Positions 41,908 through 56,195 of a stretch of 64,000 nucleotides of DNA are shown here, in pieces. Origin of the DNA: Octopus vulgaris (Eukaryota); NCBI GenBank assembly GCA_951406725.2, contig OX597832.1, positions 45,880,001-45,944,000 on the forward strand, written 5' to 3'. The position numbers and the translations under genes are program-made. A model generated the notes under the pieces. That model was not told the DNA's origin. It saw nothing but the letters and a program-made list of their open reading frames with translations, and did no database searches. Position 1 is the first letter of the stretch; every line of letters begins with the position of its first letter.

Positions 41908-42310
41908 TCTTACTCTTTACTCTTTTCTCTTTTACTTGTTTCAGTCATTTGACGGCGGCCATGCTGTAGCACCGCCTTTAGTCGAGCAAATCGACCCCGA
42001 GACTTATTCTTTGTAAGCCCAGTACTTATTCTATCGGTCACTTTTGCCGAACCGCTAATGGACGGGGACGTACACACACCAGCATCGGTTGTCAAGCAAT
42101 GCTAGGGGGACAAACACAGACACACAAATACACACACATACATACATATATATACATATATACGAAAGGCTTCTTTCAGTTTCCGTCTACCAAATCCACT
42201 CACAAGGTCGGCCCGGGGCTATAGCAGAAGACACTTGCCCAAGATGCCACGCAGTGAGACTGAACCCGGAACCATGTGGTTGGTTAGCAGGCTACTTACC
42301 ACACAGCCAC
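41908..42310 (-). mobile_element. SINE group A
   Basis: Near-full-length match to 10523-10923. Confidence 0.9.
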
Positions 42311-43403
42311 TATATATATATATATGGGATCAAGCTAATGGTTGGTGACACACACATACATCTTCCGTCTTATATATTATAAATATACATACACATGTGT
42401 TTATATTATGCGAGTGGGTATACTCATGTTTATACATACAGTTATGAATGATTTTTAGAGTTGCACTTGGTAATCATTAGTCAAATTAGGTGTTACTGTA
42501 GAAGACAATTAGCAGACGAGCGGTGCAGCGGTTGCAGATTGAAGTTCGCAACCACGTGGCATCGCAAAGAGTATGTGAGCGAAGTAGCCATCAATAAAGC
42601 AAAGGAAATGTTTGTTAGAACTCAGAACTTGTAAATATTAAAAAAAAAAATTAAGCCACGAAGGGTCAGGCTGTGATGAAATAATTTTAGAAAAGAATGC
42701 ACAAGAGTTATAGAAGGGAAATATAACAACTCTCGAATGAGATAAAAGGATAGAGAGGAGAACAGATAGAAGATTAGTGAATGTACTGAGAGAGGAGGAC
42801 ATCAGAGAATGCTAGGAGACTTAACCTATGATAAGTAACGGACACTTCAATCACGCAATATTTACATAAAAGTTTCAACTGATATGATAAACTCTGTAAC
42901 AAATAAATTAAACCAGGTCTTTGAATATATTTTCTTACAATGTAAATCACACGAAAACAGGCACCCTCACACAAACAATCATGTACTTACATAACTTGTT
43001 TATCATATATCCATATATAAAGTATTGTTATTGTTGCGTGGTTATATGTATATATATATATATATATACACATATATGCAGAATAAACATTCATACGTAT
43101 ACACACACATGTATATATATGTACACAGATATCTGTATATATATGTATATACATACATATATATATATATATATATACTTATATATTTATGCATGTATGT
43201 ATAAACGTTCACATATGTATACACACGTATATTTATAAATATACATGTATATAAACATACATATACAAACATACGTAAGATCAAATGAATACGTAATTAT
43301 ATGTGCATATTTATCTAGCTATCTATCCATCTATCTATCTCTGTATGTATGTTCGTACGAGTGTGCATGTGTGTTGTATGATGTATGCTTCTCTGTATGT
43401 ATG

Positions 43404-43439
<36 letters not shown>

Positions 43440-43452
43440 CATACATATATTC

Positions 43453-43509
<57 letters not shown>

Positions 43510-43567
43510 CATATATTCATATACATACATATATATATATATATATTATATATGTACACACTCACAG

Positions 43568-43598
<31 letters not shown>

Positions 43599-43620
43599 TA
43601 CATACATACATATATACATA

Positions 43621-43682
<62 letters not shown>

Positions 43683-44201
43683 TACATGTATGTATACGGA
43701 TATGTAGACGTATATGCGTGTGCGTGTGCACATCTTTAGAAGTCTTTAGATCGTCGTTTTATCCATCTTTCATCCAGCATTTTTATTACCCCCCATATAT
43801 CGATTTAAAAGATACAAACTTTGAAAGTGAAAGTTGTGAAATAAGTAGAAATAAAAAGAAATAAATATATAAGACGGAAACAACGCTGGTTAAATTTTTG
43901 ATTTATAAACCCACACATTTTCCCATGCTTGAAAGAAAACAAGGTGCCCTTTAATTTACTTCACTTGTAAACTCATCAACAAAACCGTTCACCTAAACAA
44001 AAAACATGAAAAAAACAAAGTGATTTTGAAAAATATAAATTTTTGTTATTGTTGTTATTGTTTTACTTGTAGGTATTTTAATTCATATTATCATTAGCAT
44101 TGTTGATAATTTTTCATGTAGAAAGGTTATCATTATTATAATTATTATTATTATTATTATTATTATGATTGTTGTTGTTGTTGGTGTTATTATTATCATG
44201 T

Positions 44202-44362
44202 AAGGCGGTGAGCTGGCAGACTCGTTAGCACTCACGGTGAAATACGAAGCAGTATTTCCTGTATCGCTACGTCCAGAGATCAAATTTGGCCGAGGTCCGA
44301 TTTGCCTTTCATCCCTTCGGGGTCGATTAAATAAATGTCAGTTACGTACTGGGCTCGATGTA
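44202..44362 (+). mobile_element. SINE group B, diverged and 3'-incomplete
   Basis: AAGGCGGTGAGCTGGCAGA head and GCCTTTCATCCCTTCGGGGTCGAT central block. Confidence 0.75.
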
Positions 44363-44388
44363 ACACACAAATACACATACACACACAT

Positions 44389-44421
<33 letters not shown>

Positions 44422-44689
44422 TATACACACACATATACACACACACAAATACACATATGCTAAACTGGTGAATCCGCCATGCTCGTTCCATGTGAAAGGT
44501 AATTTGCGACACACTACAAGAATGAAAATAAACCTAGGGCAAATGAACCTAGGAAAGGTAAATATATGTGTAAATGCTTAGTGGTATATTTTCATTCCAT
44601 CCAAAGCATCTTTCTTCTCCAACCCTTTGAAGTTGGCATTAGTATGACAATGTGAGCAACGGTGCATGTGTCAACTTGTCTTCTTTCTC

Positions 44690-45050
44690 TTGTCTTGAGA
44701 CAGCATTCAGTCATCCTCAATGCTGCATCTCTCACAAACGCCGACCAGGCCTGGTAATTTGAGGCAAACGACCGCGTGATCTCCAATCACTCCTTATTCC
44801 AGTGGCGAACGCCGTAGATATGGGGGCCTAGGTTGGGTTCCAGATCAGCCTTGACTGTCATCAGCCAGGTTTTTCGTTGTCCACCACATCGCTTTCGCCA
44901 ACCCTGAAGAAGAGCTGGGGCAATTGCTTCGTAGATGAATTCTCCTGGTTGACGACGGAGGGCATGACCCAGCCAACGCAGACGTCTCGTTAGGATGACT
45001 TGTCGGAGGGAGGTGATTTTGCACTGGTGTTGGCATGTGTCAACGTAACG
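44690..45050 (-). mobile_element. RTE-like LINE 3' fragment
   Basis: Minus-strand RRLRWLGHALRRQPGEFIYEA and KTWLMTVKADLEP match RTE-clade RT C-terminal motifs. Confidence 0.75.
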
Positions 45051-46011
45051 TCATGTCTTTAAGAAATATTATTTGTAACATTAAGCATGGAGGACATTTA
45101 TCGATCGATATCTGCTGACTTAGTAAAAGAATATTTCAGAAATATACCTACGTATTTTGCATTCATTACTGTTCTGAATTATCGTTAGTAACACTTCAGG
45201 TTATTCATTAGCAGTTAAAATGACAGGCTGTTTGTGGTCGTTCAAAATTGGTTAACTTTTCAAATTTCAACGGTGAAATATTAATATAGAAATTAAGGAC
45301 GATTCCACGATAGATGAATACGTATAAATATATTCCTCTAAACTCCAAACCAGAACTTATAGAATTCTGAACAAGTTACTTATGCAAACATCACGCGTAG
45401 AGTTATAACGAAGATTTCATTGTTAACATATTGAACAAATTTTTCTATTAACTACTAATGAGTATTCTTATACATTTTGGTCAGGAATCCTATCATTACA
45501 AGGATTCTTATTTGGTGGTGATATTGGCAACATTCCAGGAAATTCTCTAAAGCGATAATTTGATTAAGCAATCTTGTAGTTATGCAAAGTATTAAGACAC
45601 GCAAACACGCTGCAGAATAAGTTCGCTTTTCCGGCGACTTAATCTTCAACAGTAGTTCGATTCCGTTTTAATCATGCTTTGATTTGTCGCAGATATGATT
45701 ATTTGGTTAAGGTGTTCGTCTCACAAATGCCTAATTTCGAGCTGAATTCTACGACTTGACATATTAGATAAGTATCTCCGAAGAATCTGTTGTTTCAAAG
45801 TTTTTTCAACGAAATTTACCCGAGAAAACGGTGTGGATTCTTATCAAGGGCGACCATTCCTGGCCTGTGGAAAAGAATTATAACATCGCACTGTTTGAAA
45901 GAACGATTTGATTGAGACGTTTGTCTCGAAGATGCTTGTCCACTCGTTTGTAAAATTTCGGACCTGGTCAGTGGTCTGAATGTAACCTCCTGTATTCCAC
46001 CACCAGTCACA

Positions 46012-46073
<62 letters not shown>

Positions 46074-46074
46074 G

Positions 46075-46119
<45 letters not shown>

Positions 46120-46391
46120 GTAGATATATATATGTGTATATATATATGTATGTATGTATATATATATATATGTATGTATGTATAGACATACCCACTCTCC
46201 AGCATTACATTTCCTGGACTTCCAGGAACGACGTTGAGGTTACTTCCTTCCCTTAACCACGACCTCTGCAGATAACCACGCACCAGTTGGGGAGCTTACT
46301 GTGCGCTCCTCTGTTTGATTGAATATCTACGTTCCTATTTTAAATAAGAGTATACATATGTATGTGTGTATGCATATAAGTGTATATATAT

Positions 46392-46433
<42 letters not shown>

Positions 46434-47168
46434 GTATGTGAGTATATATATATATATATATATGTAAATACATACGGTCCTATACGTACGTTCATATATT
46501 TAAAAATATATATACAAATGTATACATATATATATTTACATATATGAACGTACCTATAAACATGGATATATATATACCGTCACAAATACCTTGTGTGACT
46601 ACTCTGTCCGACATCCTTTCTTCCTGTATTAAATATGTGATTTATTTCCGGTTTCTATCATAACTTTTCTCTTATATTCATATAGATACAATAGCCATAT
46701 CACTTCGCTCTCATTTACCGCTTCACGCTCACGCATTCTCTCTCTCTTTTTTCCTTTCTTTCTTTTATTCCTTAATCTCTTCTTTAGTTCCACTTCACTG
46801 TTTCTATCGCTTGATATATTGCTGTGTTCTTCGCTTGTTTGTCCTCACAACCTTTGGCATTCTGCAGTCATATATAGTCACCATACTACTCTGCTACCTT
46901 CATTCACTACAGCTCAACAATCTCTCACTCTATCTGTTCCCTCTGTCTGTTTGTTCGTGAAGCTCCCTCGGTCTTTCTACGTGTTTGTTGACCTGTCTCT
47001 CTCGGTCTGTCTGTCTGTCTTTCTCCCTCTGTATCTCAGTCTCTTTGTCTCTCATCTCTCTCTCTCTCTGTCTCTCTCTCCCTTTCACACACATACATAC
47101 TCCCTCTTTCTCTCTGATCAGCACGATATTTCACATGGATGTCATTATAAATTTGGCTAAGAAGCATA

Positions 47169-47208
<40 letters not shown>

Positions 47209-47271
47209 GCATATATATATATATATATACACGCATATATATATATATATATGTATATATATATGTATATA

Positions 47272-47348
<77 letters not shown>

Positions 47349-47453
47349 ATGTATATATATATATATATGTATGTATATATATATATATATGTATGTATAT
47401 GTATATATATATACATGTATATATATATATATATGTATGTATGTATATATATG

Positions 47454-47500
<47 letters not shown>

Positions 47501-48609
47501 TTATATATACACGCACACATACATACATACACATACATACACACATGCATACACAAGTTTTGTTTACGTCATACAGTTAAAACGGAATCTATCTATCTAC
47601 CTGTCTGACTCTCTGTTTGTGTCTCCCTGCATCTATATATCCATCTATCGACGTGCATACACACACACACACTCACACACGCACACGCATATCGACACTT
47701 ACATACAAACATACATACATATAAGGAAACGACAATATCAACCCGTTGTAAACTTCTACCTTTATGTGTGAAGTCTTTATATATTTTTTTTTTAAACGCG
47801 TAAAAAGTCCCCAGCGACGATTGTGATGGAGGTTGTTATAGAATTAATTTTCGCTGTGAAACATAGCTCATCTGCAGGATATCCATCATCTTTACTTTAG
47901 ACGCCATTGCGGACACTATGAATGCTGTGCTGATCAGAATATTTGATAAGTTAGCTCTCTCTATGTCTATCACTGACAAGATATATTATATTTCAAGAAA
48001 TATTTCCACGTTGTTATATGTATTTCTGAAGAAAACATATAGCAAGGTGGAAGTTCTTCGCTATTTCAGAAGAAATGACGGAGAAAAGCAAAAATATGAT
48101 TTAGATTTTACGCAGTGTATATTATAAAGCATATAATATTTAATATGTTTTATTCCACGGATTATTATGAAAATTTTGAGCATTTCTTTCATTTTTTTTT
48201 TTCGCATTCATGTTCCGAAAATATGGATTTTATCATCTCCTGAATGAAAAATATATATAAGTGGTTGAGTATTTCTCGACAGAACCAGTGTGACCCAGTT
48301 TGAACAAAGGCTGTACTTTTTCAATTACATATAAAACTCACCCGATGGGCTTTTCTATAGTATTTGTCTAAACCCAGTTTCACATGGAACGTATGGGCTG
48401 AGACCAAACTGTAGAAAATTAAATTTACACAATATTCCTGGTAGTCTATAACCTCGTGTATTGTAAGTAATATCTTTACCCCAAGAAACATAATGTGCGT
48501 AGGATTCAGATAGTACACATATATAGAATGTAAAAATACACTATATATAACCTATACGAACAATCTGATGAGAGAATATATAAAGCTGTTGTCTCAAATT
48601 CGTACAAAT

Positions 48610-48760
48610 AGCGAAAACAGAAGACGAAGATTGGTGAAGGAACAGCAAGAAGTTATATTAGGTTAACGCTGAAGAAGAATGGAAATGTTTTTGATGTTTC
48701 TAACCTACGCTCTTCGGCAGAGAGGATTAAGAGGAAACAAAAAGAAGAGAGAGAACGAAA
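48610..48760 (-). mobile_element. Diverged Penelope-type terminal repeat fragment (copy 4)
   Basis: Homologous to 18597-18755. The motif has decayed to CTGCCGAAGAGCGTAGGTTAGAAAC. Confidence 0.55.
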
Positions 48761-48942
48761 ATAAGAACGGAGAAAATATGTTTAGGGAATAACGGTTCAA
48801 CAACATGAATAGATAGGTAAGGAGGTAGATACAAAGATAGGTAGATACACAATCAATAAATTGAACGATCGATCGATAGACATAGATATATATATATATA
48901 TATATATATATCTATATCTATATCTATATATATATACATATT

Positions 48943-49051
<109 letters not shown>

Positions 49052-49116
49052 ATATATACATATATACATACATATATACATACACACACAGACACATACT
49101 CAGACACACACACACA

Positions 49117-49190
<74 letters not shown>

Positions 49191-50205
49191 TAGATAGATA
49201 GACGGAAAGAAACAACTAAGGTCGTTTTCTGCTGGTTTCAGGAAGCTAAAGTGTGGATGTACCTTTGTGCGTTCCTCAAATGATTTTGACGATTGTATCG
49301 ACTAGTATTCATGTAGTCTGTAGGTTATTCATTCATACATTCAAATGCATATTAACATGTATGTATGTATGTATATATGTATGTATCTATATACCTATTT
49401 ATGTATAGACGTAGGCATGTAATGAAGTCCAGATATTGCCAGCTCGCCGCCTTGTTGGCGGTTGTATAATGCTGAATTTTCTATTCGCGTTTCATTAGTT
49501 TGACAAATAAATTATCCAGGCTATAGGTACTTTTCATAAAGAGAAGAACACTTACATCATACCGGATGAAATCGTTAGGTGATCATAGGAGTAGTTAACC
49601 TTGGTAGAAGAGACAATATTGTTCGTATTTCTAGCACACCTACCGGGAAATGTCAAAAAGATTTGCTTAGAAAGGTTAGCTTCATTATTTCGATGCTTGG
49701 CTTGAATAACAAATATTAATCCGGCAGATGTGTGAAGGTAATATCTTAGAAAGCACATAGGTTGACATTAGAGAAATTAATATGACTCCCTAAGGTAATC
49801 TGAGCGCAAGACAGAAAATCAAATATATATATGGTTAAAATTTTTTAAAAGTTAAGACTGGACGAAAGGTTAGCAAATATAAAATATTACGTTTTCTGGC
49901 ATATGTGTAAAAACCAATAGAGAAGATATTTTGACATTACTTTCTGACGGAAATGTTGAATTAAATAATCGGAGTAAAATGATATATACAAATTAAATAC
50001 TCGGTAAAATAATGCTAGCATTTATAGTTCCAAATTTCACATTACAGAATCACTCTTGAACGGGTTTTGAACTTTGCACTTGGTCTTTCGCGTGCCATCA
50101 ATGACAATTTGTTATGTACTTGGCACAGGTCCTCTGCTATTGAATAACCCAGTTTTTATTGGTGTAACTTACACACGAAAGTCATATAAATCTCACCGTT
50201 ATATA

Positions 50206-50430
50206 TTTCTTTACTACCCACAAGGGGCTAAACACAGAGGGGACAAACAAGGACAGACAAAGGGATTAAGTCGATTACATCGAACCCAGTGCGTAACTGG
50301 TACTTAATTTATTGACTCCGAAAGGATGAAAGGCAAAGTCGACCTCGGCGGAATTTGAACTCGGAACGTAACGACAAACGAAATACGGCTACGCATTTCG
50401 CCAGCTAACGTTTCTGCCAGCTCGCCGCCT
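50206..50430 (-). mobile_element. SINE group B with 13-bp TSD
   Basis: TSD TCTCACCGTTATA at 50191-50203 and 50432-50444. Confidence 0.9.
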
Positions 50431-51005
50431 TTCTCACCGTTATAAATAGCTATTTCAACACTTTGTTTACTTGTATGATTTAAATTCTAACTCTGCCACT
50501 GCACAAAAAAATTTCAGTGGGAAATCATTTCTGAATATTCACTGTTGATTTCTTGAACGAATCCAAAATATCTATAACGAGGCAGTAGCATGCAAGTAGT
50601 GGGCTTTTTCGCTTCTAAACCAATGTGAACTTTATATGTTACTGAGGACCTAGAAAGACGCCAACGAAGATTTATTGAGAGTAAACACTCCGACTATTAA
50701 AATCAACATTATCGATTATTAATACAATAATACTTTAGCAAATATAATCAGTAAAAGATACATAGTCCAGCAAGAGTACGAGTAAATATTTGTTGTCACG
50801 TTCATGTGGTCATAAATTTCTCTAAAAATTGATGATACCTGAATCGATGTGTACTGAAAAAAATCAATATCAACGAAGGGCTGATCCTTATTTTCTCTGA
50901 AACGTTACCACACTAATGTCGGGAAAAAAAGTCATTCACGAAAACCTGATTACTTTACTGTCAAGAAGTATCATATGATAGATTGCAATACCTGCATAAT
51001 ATATA

Positions 51006-51236
51006 TTTCTTTACTACCCACAAGGGGCTTAACACAGAGGGGACAAGCAAGGACAGACAAACGGATTAAGTCGATTACATCGACCCCAGTGCGTAACTGG
51101 TACTTAATTTATCGACCCCGAAAGGATGAAAGGCAAAGTCGACCTCGGCGGAATTTGAACTCGGAACGTAACGACAAACGAAATACGGCTACGCATTTCG
51201 CCCGGCGTGCTAACGATTCTGCCAGCTCACCGCCTT
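51006..51236 (-). mobile_element. SINE group B with 15-bp imperfect TSD
   Basis: TACCTGCATAATATA (50989-51003) / TACCTGCGTGATATA (51238-51252). Confidence 0.9.
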
Positions 51237-51525
51237 CTACCTGCGTGATATAGCGCAGGAGTACAATATGAGGAAAGGCATATTGTTTAGGTATAGTAGG
51301 CGGGATTCTCGATCAGTGGATCGTGAGTTCGATTCCCAGCTCTGCCGCTTGGTTGAATCCTTGAGTAGGTATTTTTTTTCACGTTACTCCTGTACGATCA
51401 ATTGAAAGTAAGTGCCAGTGACAGCTAAAGATTATTCTTGTGACGGACCTGCGGCATGTTTAGCTGGTGAGTGTTATACGCTCAACGTAATGACCTTCAA
51501 AAACCTGAATAGACGGCAATACCTA

Positions 51526-51848
51526 TTTCTTTATTACCCACAAGGGGCTAAACATAGAGGGGACAAACAAGGACAGACAGACGGATTAAGTCGATTACAT
51601 CGACCCGAGTGCGTAACTGGTACTTAATTTATCGACCCCGAGAGGATGAAAGGCAAAGTCGACCTCGGCGGAATTTGAGCTGACAACGTAACGACATACG
51701 AAATACGGCTACGCATTTCGCCCGACTTGCCAATGTTTCTGCCAGTTCGCCGCCTAAAACACATGCCCAAGGTGCAACGCAGTGGGACTGAACCAGGAAC
51801 CATGTGGTTGGTAAGCAAGCTCCTTACCACACAGCCACTCCTGCACCT
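51526..51848 (-). mobile_element. Composite SINE: group A tRNA head (~51759-51848) fused to a full group B element (51526-51754)
   Basis: One perfect 14-bp TSD ATAGACGGCAATAC (51509-51522 / 51849-51862) flanks both parts. Confidence 0.85.
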
Positions 51849-52670
51849 ATAGACGGCAATACGGTGAGCTTGCAGGCTCAGGTTCAGGCTCGCAAAGGGA
51901 ATTAATTGAGGTGTTTCATAATCTGAAAGTTGTAATTATACTATACGGATTATTATTTCTTTGTGAAATTGCCCCAAACAGAAAACAGTAATATCTTAAA
52001 GTATTCATTCTCGTCGTGTTTATAGTTATCATATGATGATGATAACTATATATTAGATAATTAAACATAGTAGAAACAATGATACAGCATACTTAGTAGT
52101 CATGCATCGTATATTTACCAAAATGTCACATGGGAAATACGAAACATCAACATCAAGCTTTGCTCTTTTCATTTACCAATACATATAACAAACGAAGAAT
52201 TATGATATAAATACTAAATAAAATACACCCCCCCCCAAAAAAAAAATTTCTAGAAAAACAGATCAGGTCGAAATAGATCTCACACCTGCTCGCGTCTGAC
52301 TTCAACTTTGAGAGACGTGCTTAATTCATTTAAAGAATATCATGGTTTTGTAAAAGGAAGAGATTTAAGAATAGCGGATTGGGACAAAACGCTTCAGAAA
52401 TGACAACGTACGAAATCCGAGCCTCCTCAATATTGCAAACGAATCATAGTAAACTCAACTGAGAATTCTTACGATCTTCGCATTTATTCATGATTCTTCA
52501 AACCAATGCGGTTTACTTTACTCTGCTAACGCACATAAATTCTCTCGCTCATTCTGTTAGGCTCTAAACTGACTCGTTATCTGTCTGTCTGTCTGTCTAT
52601 CTATCTGCCCATCACTCGGTATCATATGTGAGTGTGTGCATGTATGTATGTATGTATGTATGTATGTATG

Positions 52671-52705
<35 letters not shown>

Positions 52706-52908
52706 TTATTATATATATATTTATATATATTTATATTATGCAAATATACACATATGCAGATGCACACACGTACATATAAATAAATTTGAATGTCTACGTA
52801 CACACATGAATATCTATCTCTCTATCTATCCCTCATTATTCACACACACACATATATATATATATATAGCCACACACATATATTACATATGTATGCATGT
52901 ATGTATGC

Positions 52909-52961
<53 letters not shown>

Positions 52962-53534
52962 CACGCATACGTACATACATACATGCATACATACATACGT
53001 ATATATTCATGAATATTCATATATTGCTACATTAGGAAACAGCATAGTGAATAACGAATAATAATTTATACACCCTCAGGAGCAAACATGCAAACATTCA
53101 CGCACGCAGGTACATATTTATGCAAACATTCGTACACATACAAACACACACAGCCACGAGTACACACATCCATCCATACATATATACATACATTTATACA
53201 TACATTTACAAACACACTCGTAGTGACACATACAGATTGATACTCATTACCGTATTTATGCAAAAGTACTCCTATCCATGAAGGCAAATAATTCTCAAAA
53301 GCAGCACCTGATCTTTAACACAGAACAAAGCAGACCTACTCTACTCAATCACATCACTATGGACGCCCTGACTATCTATATCTGTTCTCAAATAACAACA
53401 TACATGATAGATAAGATGTTCCCTAAACGCTTCATTAACGCCATTTTCTTAACGTTTTATTCCGATGAACCCAAGATAAACGTCAAATGTCAGGAGAGTT
53501 TCAAAGTTTAAATGTCATACTAATAATATATAAA

Positions 53535-54680
53535 TTAAATTTCAGCATCAAAGTAAATACATTAACAGTTCAAAGTTTTGTTAGATTTCTTTCTTAGTAC
53601 AGACACCCCCACCGCGTTACGGGGACTTTGGGTTACAGGATTTTGTGCTTACGGAATTTGCAAAGCATGGTCACTACTTACATTTCCGCATCGAAGTAAA
53701 TATATTAACAGTTGAAAATTTTGTTAGATTTCTTTCTTAGTACAGAGACCCCCACCGCATTACGGTGACTTTGGGTTACAGGATTTTGTGCTTACGGAAT
53801 TTGCAAAGCATGGTCACTAGTTAAATTTCCGCATCAAAGTAAATACATTAACAGTTCAAAGTTTTGTTAGATTTCTTTCTTAGTACAGACACCCCCGCCG
53901 CGTTACGGTGACTTTGGGTTACAGGATTTTGTGCTTACGGAATTTGCAAAGCATGGTCACTAGTTAAATTTCCGCATCAAAGTAAATACATTAACAGTTC
54001 AAAGTTTTGTTAGATTTCTTTCTTAGTACAGACACCCCCGCCGCGTTACGGTGATTTTGAGTTACAGGATTTTGTGCTTACGGAATTTGCAAAGCATGGT
54101 CACTAGTTAAATTTCCGCATCAAAGTAAATACATTAACAGTTCAAAGTTTTGTTAGATTTCTTTCTTAGTACAGACACCCCCGCCGCGTTACGGTGACTT
54201 TGGGTTACAGGATTTTGTGCTTACGGAATTTGCAAAGCATGGTCACTAGTTAAATTTCCGCATCAAAGTAAATACATTAACAGTTCAAAGTTTTGTTAGA
54301 TTTCTTTCTTAGTACAGACACCCCCACCGCGTTACGGTGACTTTGGGTTACAGGATTTTGTGCTTACGGAATTTGCAAAGCATGGTCACTAGTTAAATTT
54401 CCGCATCAAAGTAAATACATTAACAGTTCAAAGTTTTGTTAGATTTCTTTCTTAGTACAGACATCCACACCGCGTTACGGTGATTTTGAGTTACAGGATT
54501 TTGTGCTTACGGAATTTGCAAAGCATGGTCACTAGTTAAATTTCCGCATCAAAGTAAATACATTAACATTTGAAAGTTTTGTTAGATTTCTTTCTTAGTA
54601 CAGAGACCCCCACCGCGTTACGGTGACTTTGGGTTACAGGATTTTGTGCTTACGGAATTTGCAAAACATGATCACTAGTT
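53535..54680. repeat. Tandem array, 8 units of 143 bp
   Basis: GCATCRAAGTAAATA recurs at 53545, 53688, 53831, 53974, 54117, 54260, 54403 and 54546. Units differ only by a few substitutions. Confidence 0.95.
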
Positions 54681-54869
54681 TCGGAATACGGCCTGTAATT
54701 TCACTCTTACGAAAACTATATTTGCTGCTTTGCTCAATCGCTACATAAGATTTAGTTAAGATCAAAATATATAGTAAAGGATTTGAAAAAAAATATTATC
54801 ATCATGTTACACACATACATTCACATACATACACATATAAATGACATAATATGAGTATAAATATGTATA

Positions 54870-54936
<67 letters not shown>

Positions 54937-54960
54937 TATATATATATATACCAATGTGTA

Positions 54961-55240
54961 GTGAAGGCGCATGGATCAGTGGTTAGAGCATCGAGCTTAC
55001 GATCATGCGGTCGTGTGTTCGAATCCCGGACCGGACTGCATGTTGTGTTCTTGAGCAAGACACTTTATTTCACGTTGCTCCAGTCCACTCAGCTGTAGAA
55101 ATGAGTTGCGACGTCACTGGTGCCAAGCTGTATTGGTCTTTACCTTTCCCTTGGATAACACTGGTGGCATGGAGACGGGAGGCCGGTATGCATGGGCGAC
55201 TGTTGGTCTTCCATAAACAACCTTGCCCGCACTTGTGCCG
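54961..55240 (+). mobile_element. tRNA-derived SINE, group E (CORE-like centre, distinct tail)
   Basis: A box TGGATCAGTGG, B box GTTCGAATCC, CORE-like block shared with group D, then an unrelated 3' part. Confidence 0.75.
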
Positions 55241-55335
55241 TCATGACCGACGGGGTCTCAGCAGCTCAGCCTATATCAATGTGTATGCATGTGTACATGT
55301 ATGTATGTATGTATGTATGTATGTATGTATGTATG

Positions 55336-55366
<31 letters not shown>

Positions 55367-55451
55367 TATGTTATGTGTGCGTGTGTATTTGTATCGTAAA
55401 CATCAACACAATCACCAACTGCAACAGTTATTTATAGTATTATGATGATAT

Positions 55452-55560
55452 TGATCGTAACATTGTGGTTTCGATTCCTGGACCGGGCGACGCGTTGTGT
55501 TCTTGAGCGAAAAACTTCATTTCACGTTGCTCCAGTCCACTTAGCTGGCAAAAATGAGTG
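55452..55560 (+). mobile_element. SINE group D fragment
   Basis: Matches the B-box and CORE-like portion of 34986-35240. Confidence 0.75.
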
Positions 55561-55778
55561 TATAATGAAAAACTTGACTAACAGAAAATGAAGTCAAAAT
55601 GTTGTACTTAGTCATGCTGCTTCGATATCTCTTGACGGTATGCGCTGTGATCCGGTCCACACTTTCGTGTATAAATGAGATGTATTAGTAAATACGCAAC
55701 GATATTACACGGTGAGATATCACAGTGTTATTGAAATTGGTTATCTCCTATGCTCTGTCAATGTCGTCTAAATATGTG

Positions 55779-56195
55779 GGATCTTTTCGGTGTGACCGGC
55801 AGCTTTTTGTAGCGTTGTCATATGAAATTGTCACCCATAATTATGACCCTAGTATCGATCTATTGCATTTCAATTTGTTTTAGGGTTAGGGTTAGTGGTG
55901 AAAGGAAGGGTATCTTTTTTTCTTCAGAAATGTAAATAAACCCAATCTGTTTCTTAAGAGAGAGACATATTCATACGGCACAGAATGTTTTCACCTCAAT
56001 AGACGTCCATTTTTTGGTTGAAATTGTAGAAATTGAAGAAAAAAACAACAAATATCTTACAAACTATAGAATTTTCTCAATAAAGCCAAGAGAAAAAGAT
56101 GTTTTATAAACACATTCTACCAGTATACGAAGTTTAAAAGTGTTTAGTTACGTGGAAATTATTTTTAAAAACTGCCGGTCAAACCGAAAAGATCC
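55779..56195. mobile_element. MITE with ~30-bp TIRs and internal TTAGGG repeats
   Basis: GGATCTTTTCGGTGTGACCGGCAGCTTTT / AAAAACTGCCGGTCAAACCGAAAAGATCC. TTAGGGTTAGGGTTAG at 55880-55895. Confidence 0.8.

Noticed and set aside
53535-54680. CRISPR-like array
   Set aside because: Units are similar along their whole length with no unique spacers, there are no cas genes, and the context is eukaryotic.
55880-55895. True telomere or chromosome-fusion scar
   Set aside because: Fewer than three TTAGGG units, and they lie inside a TIR element.
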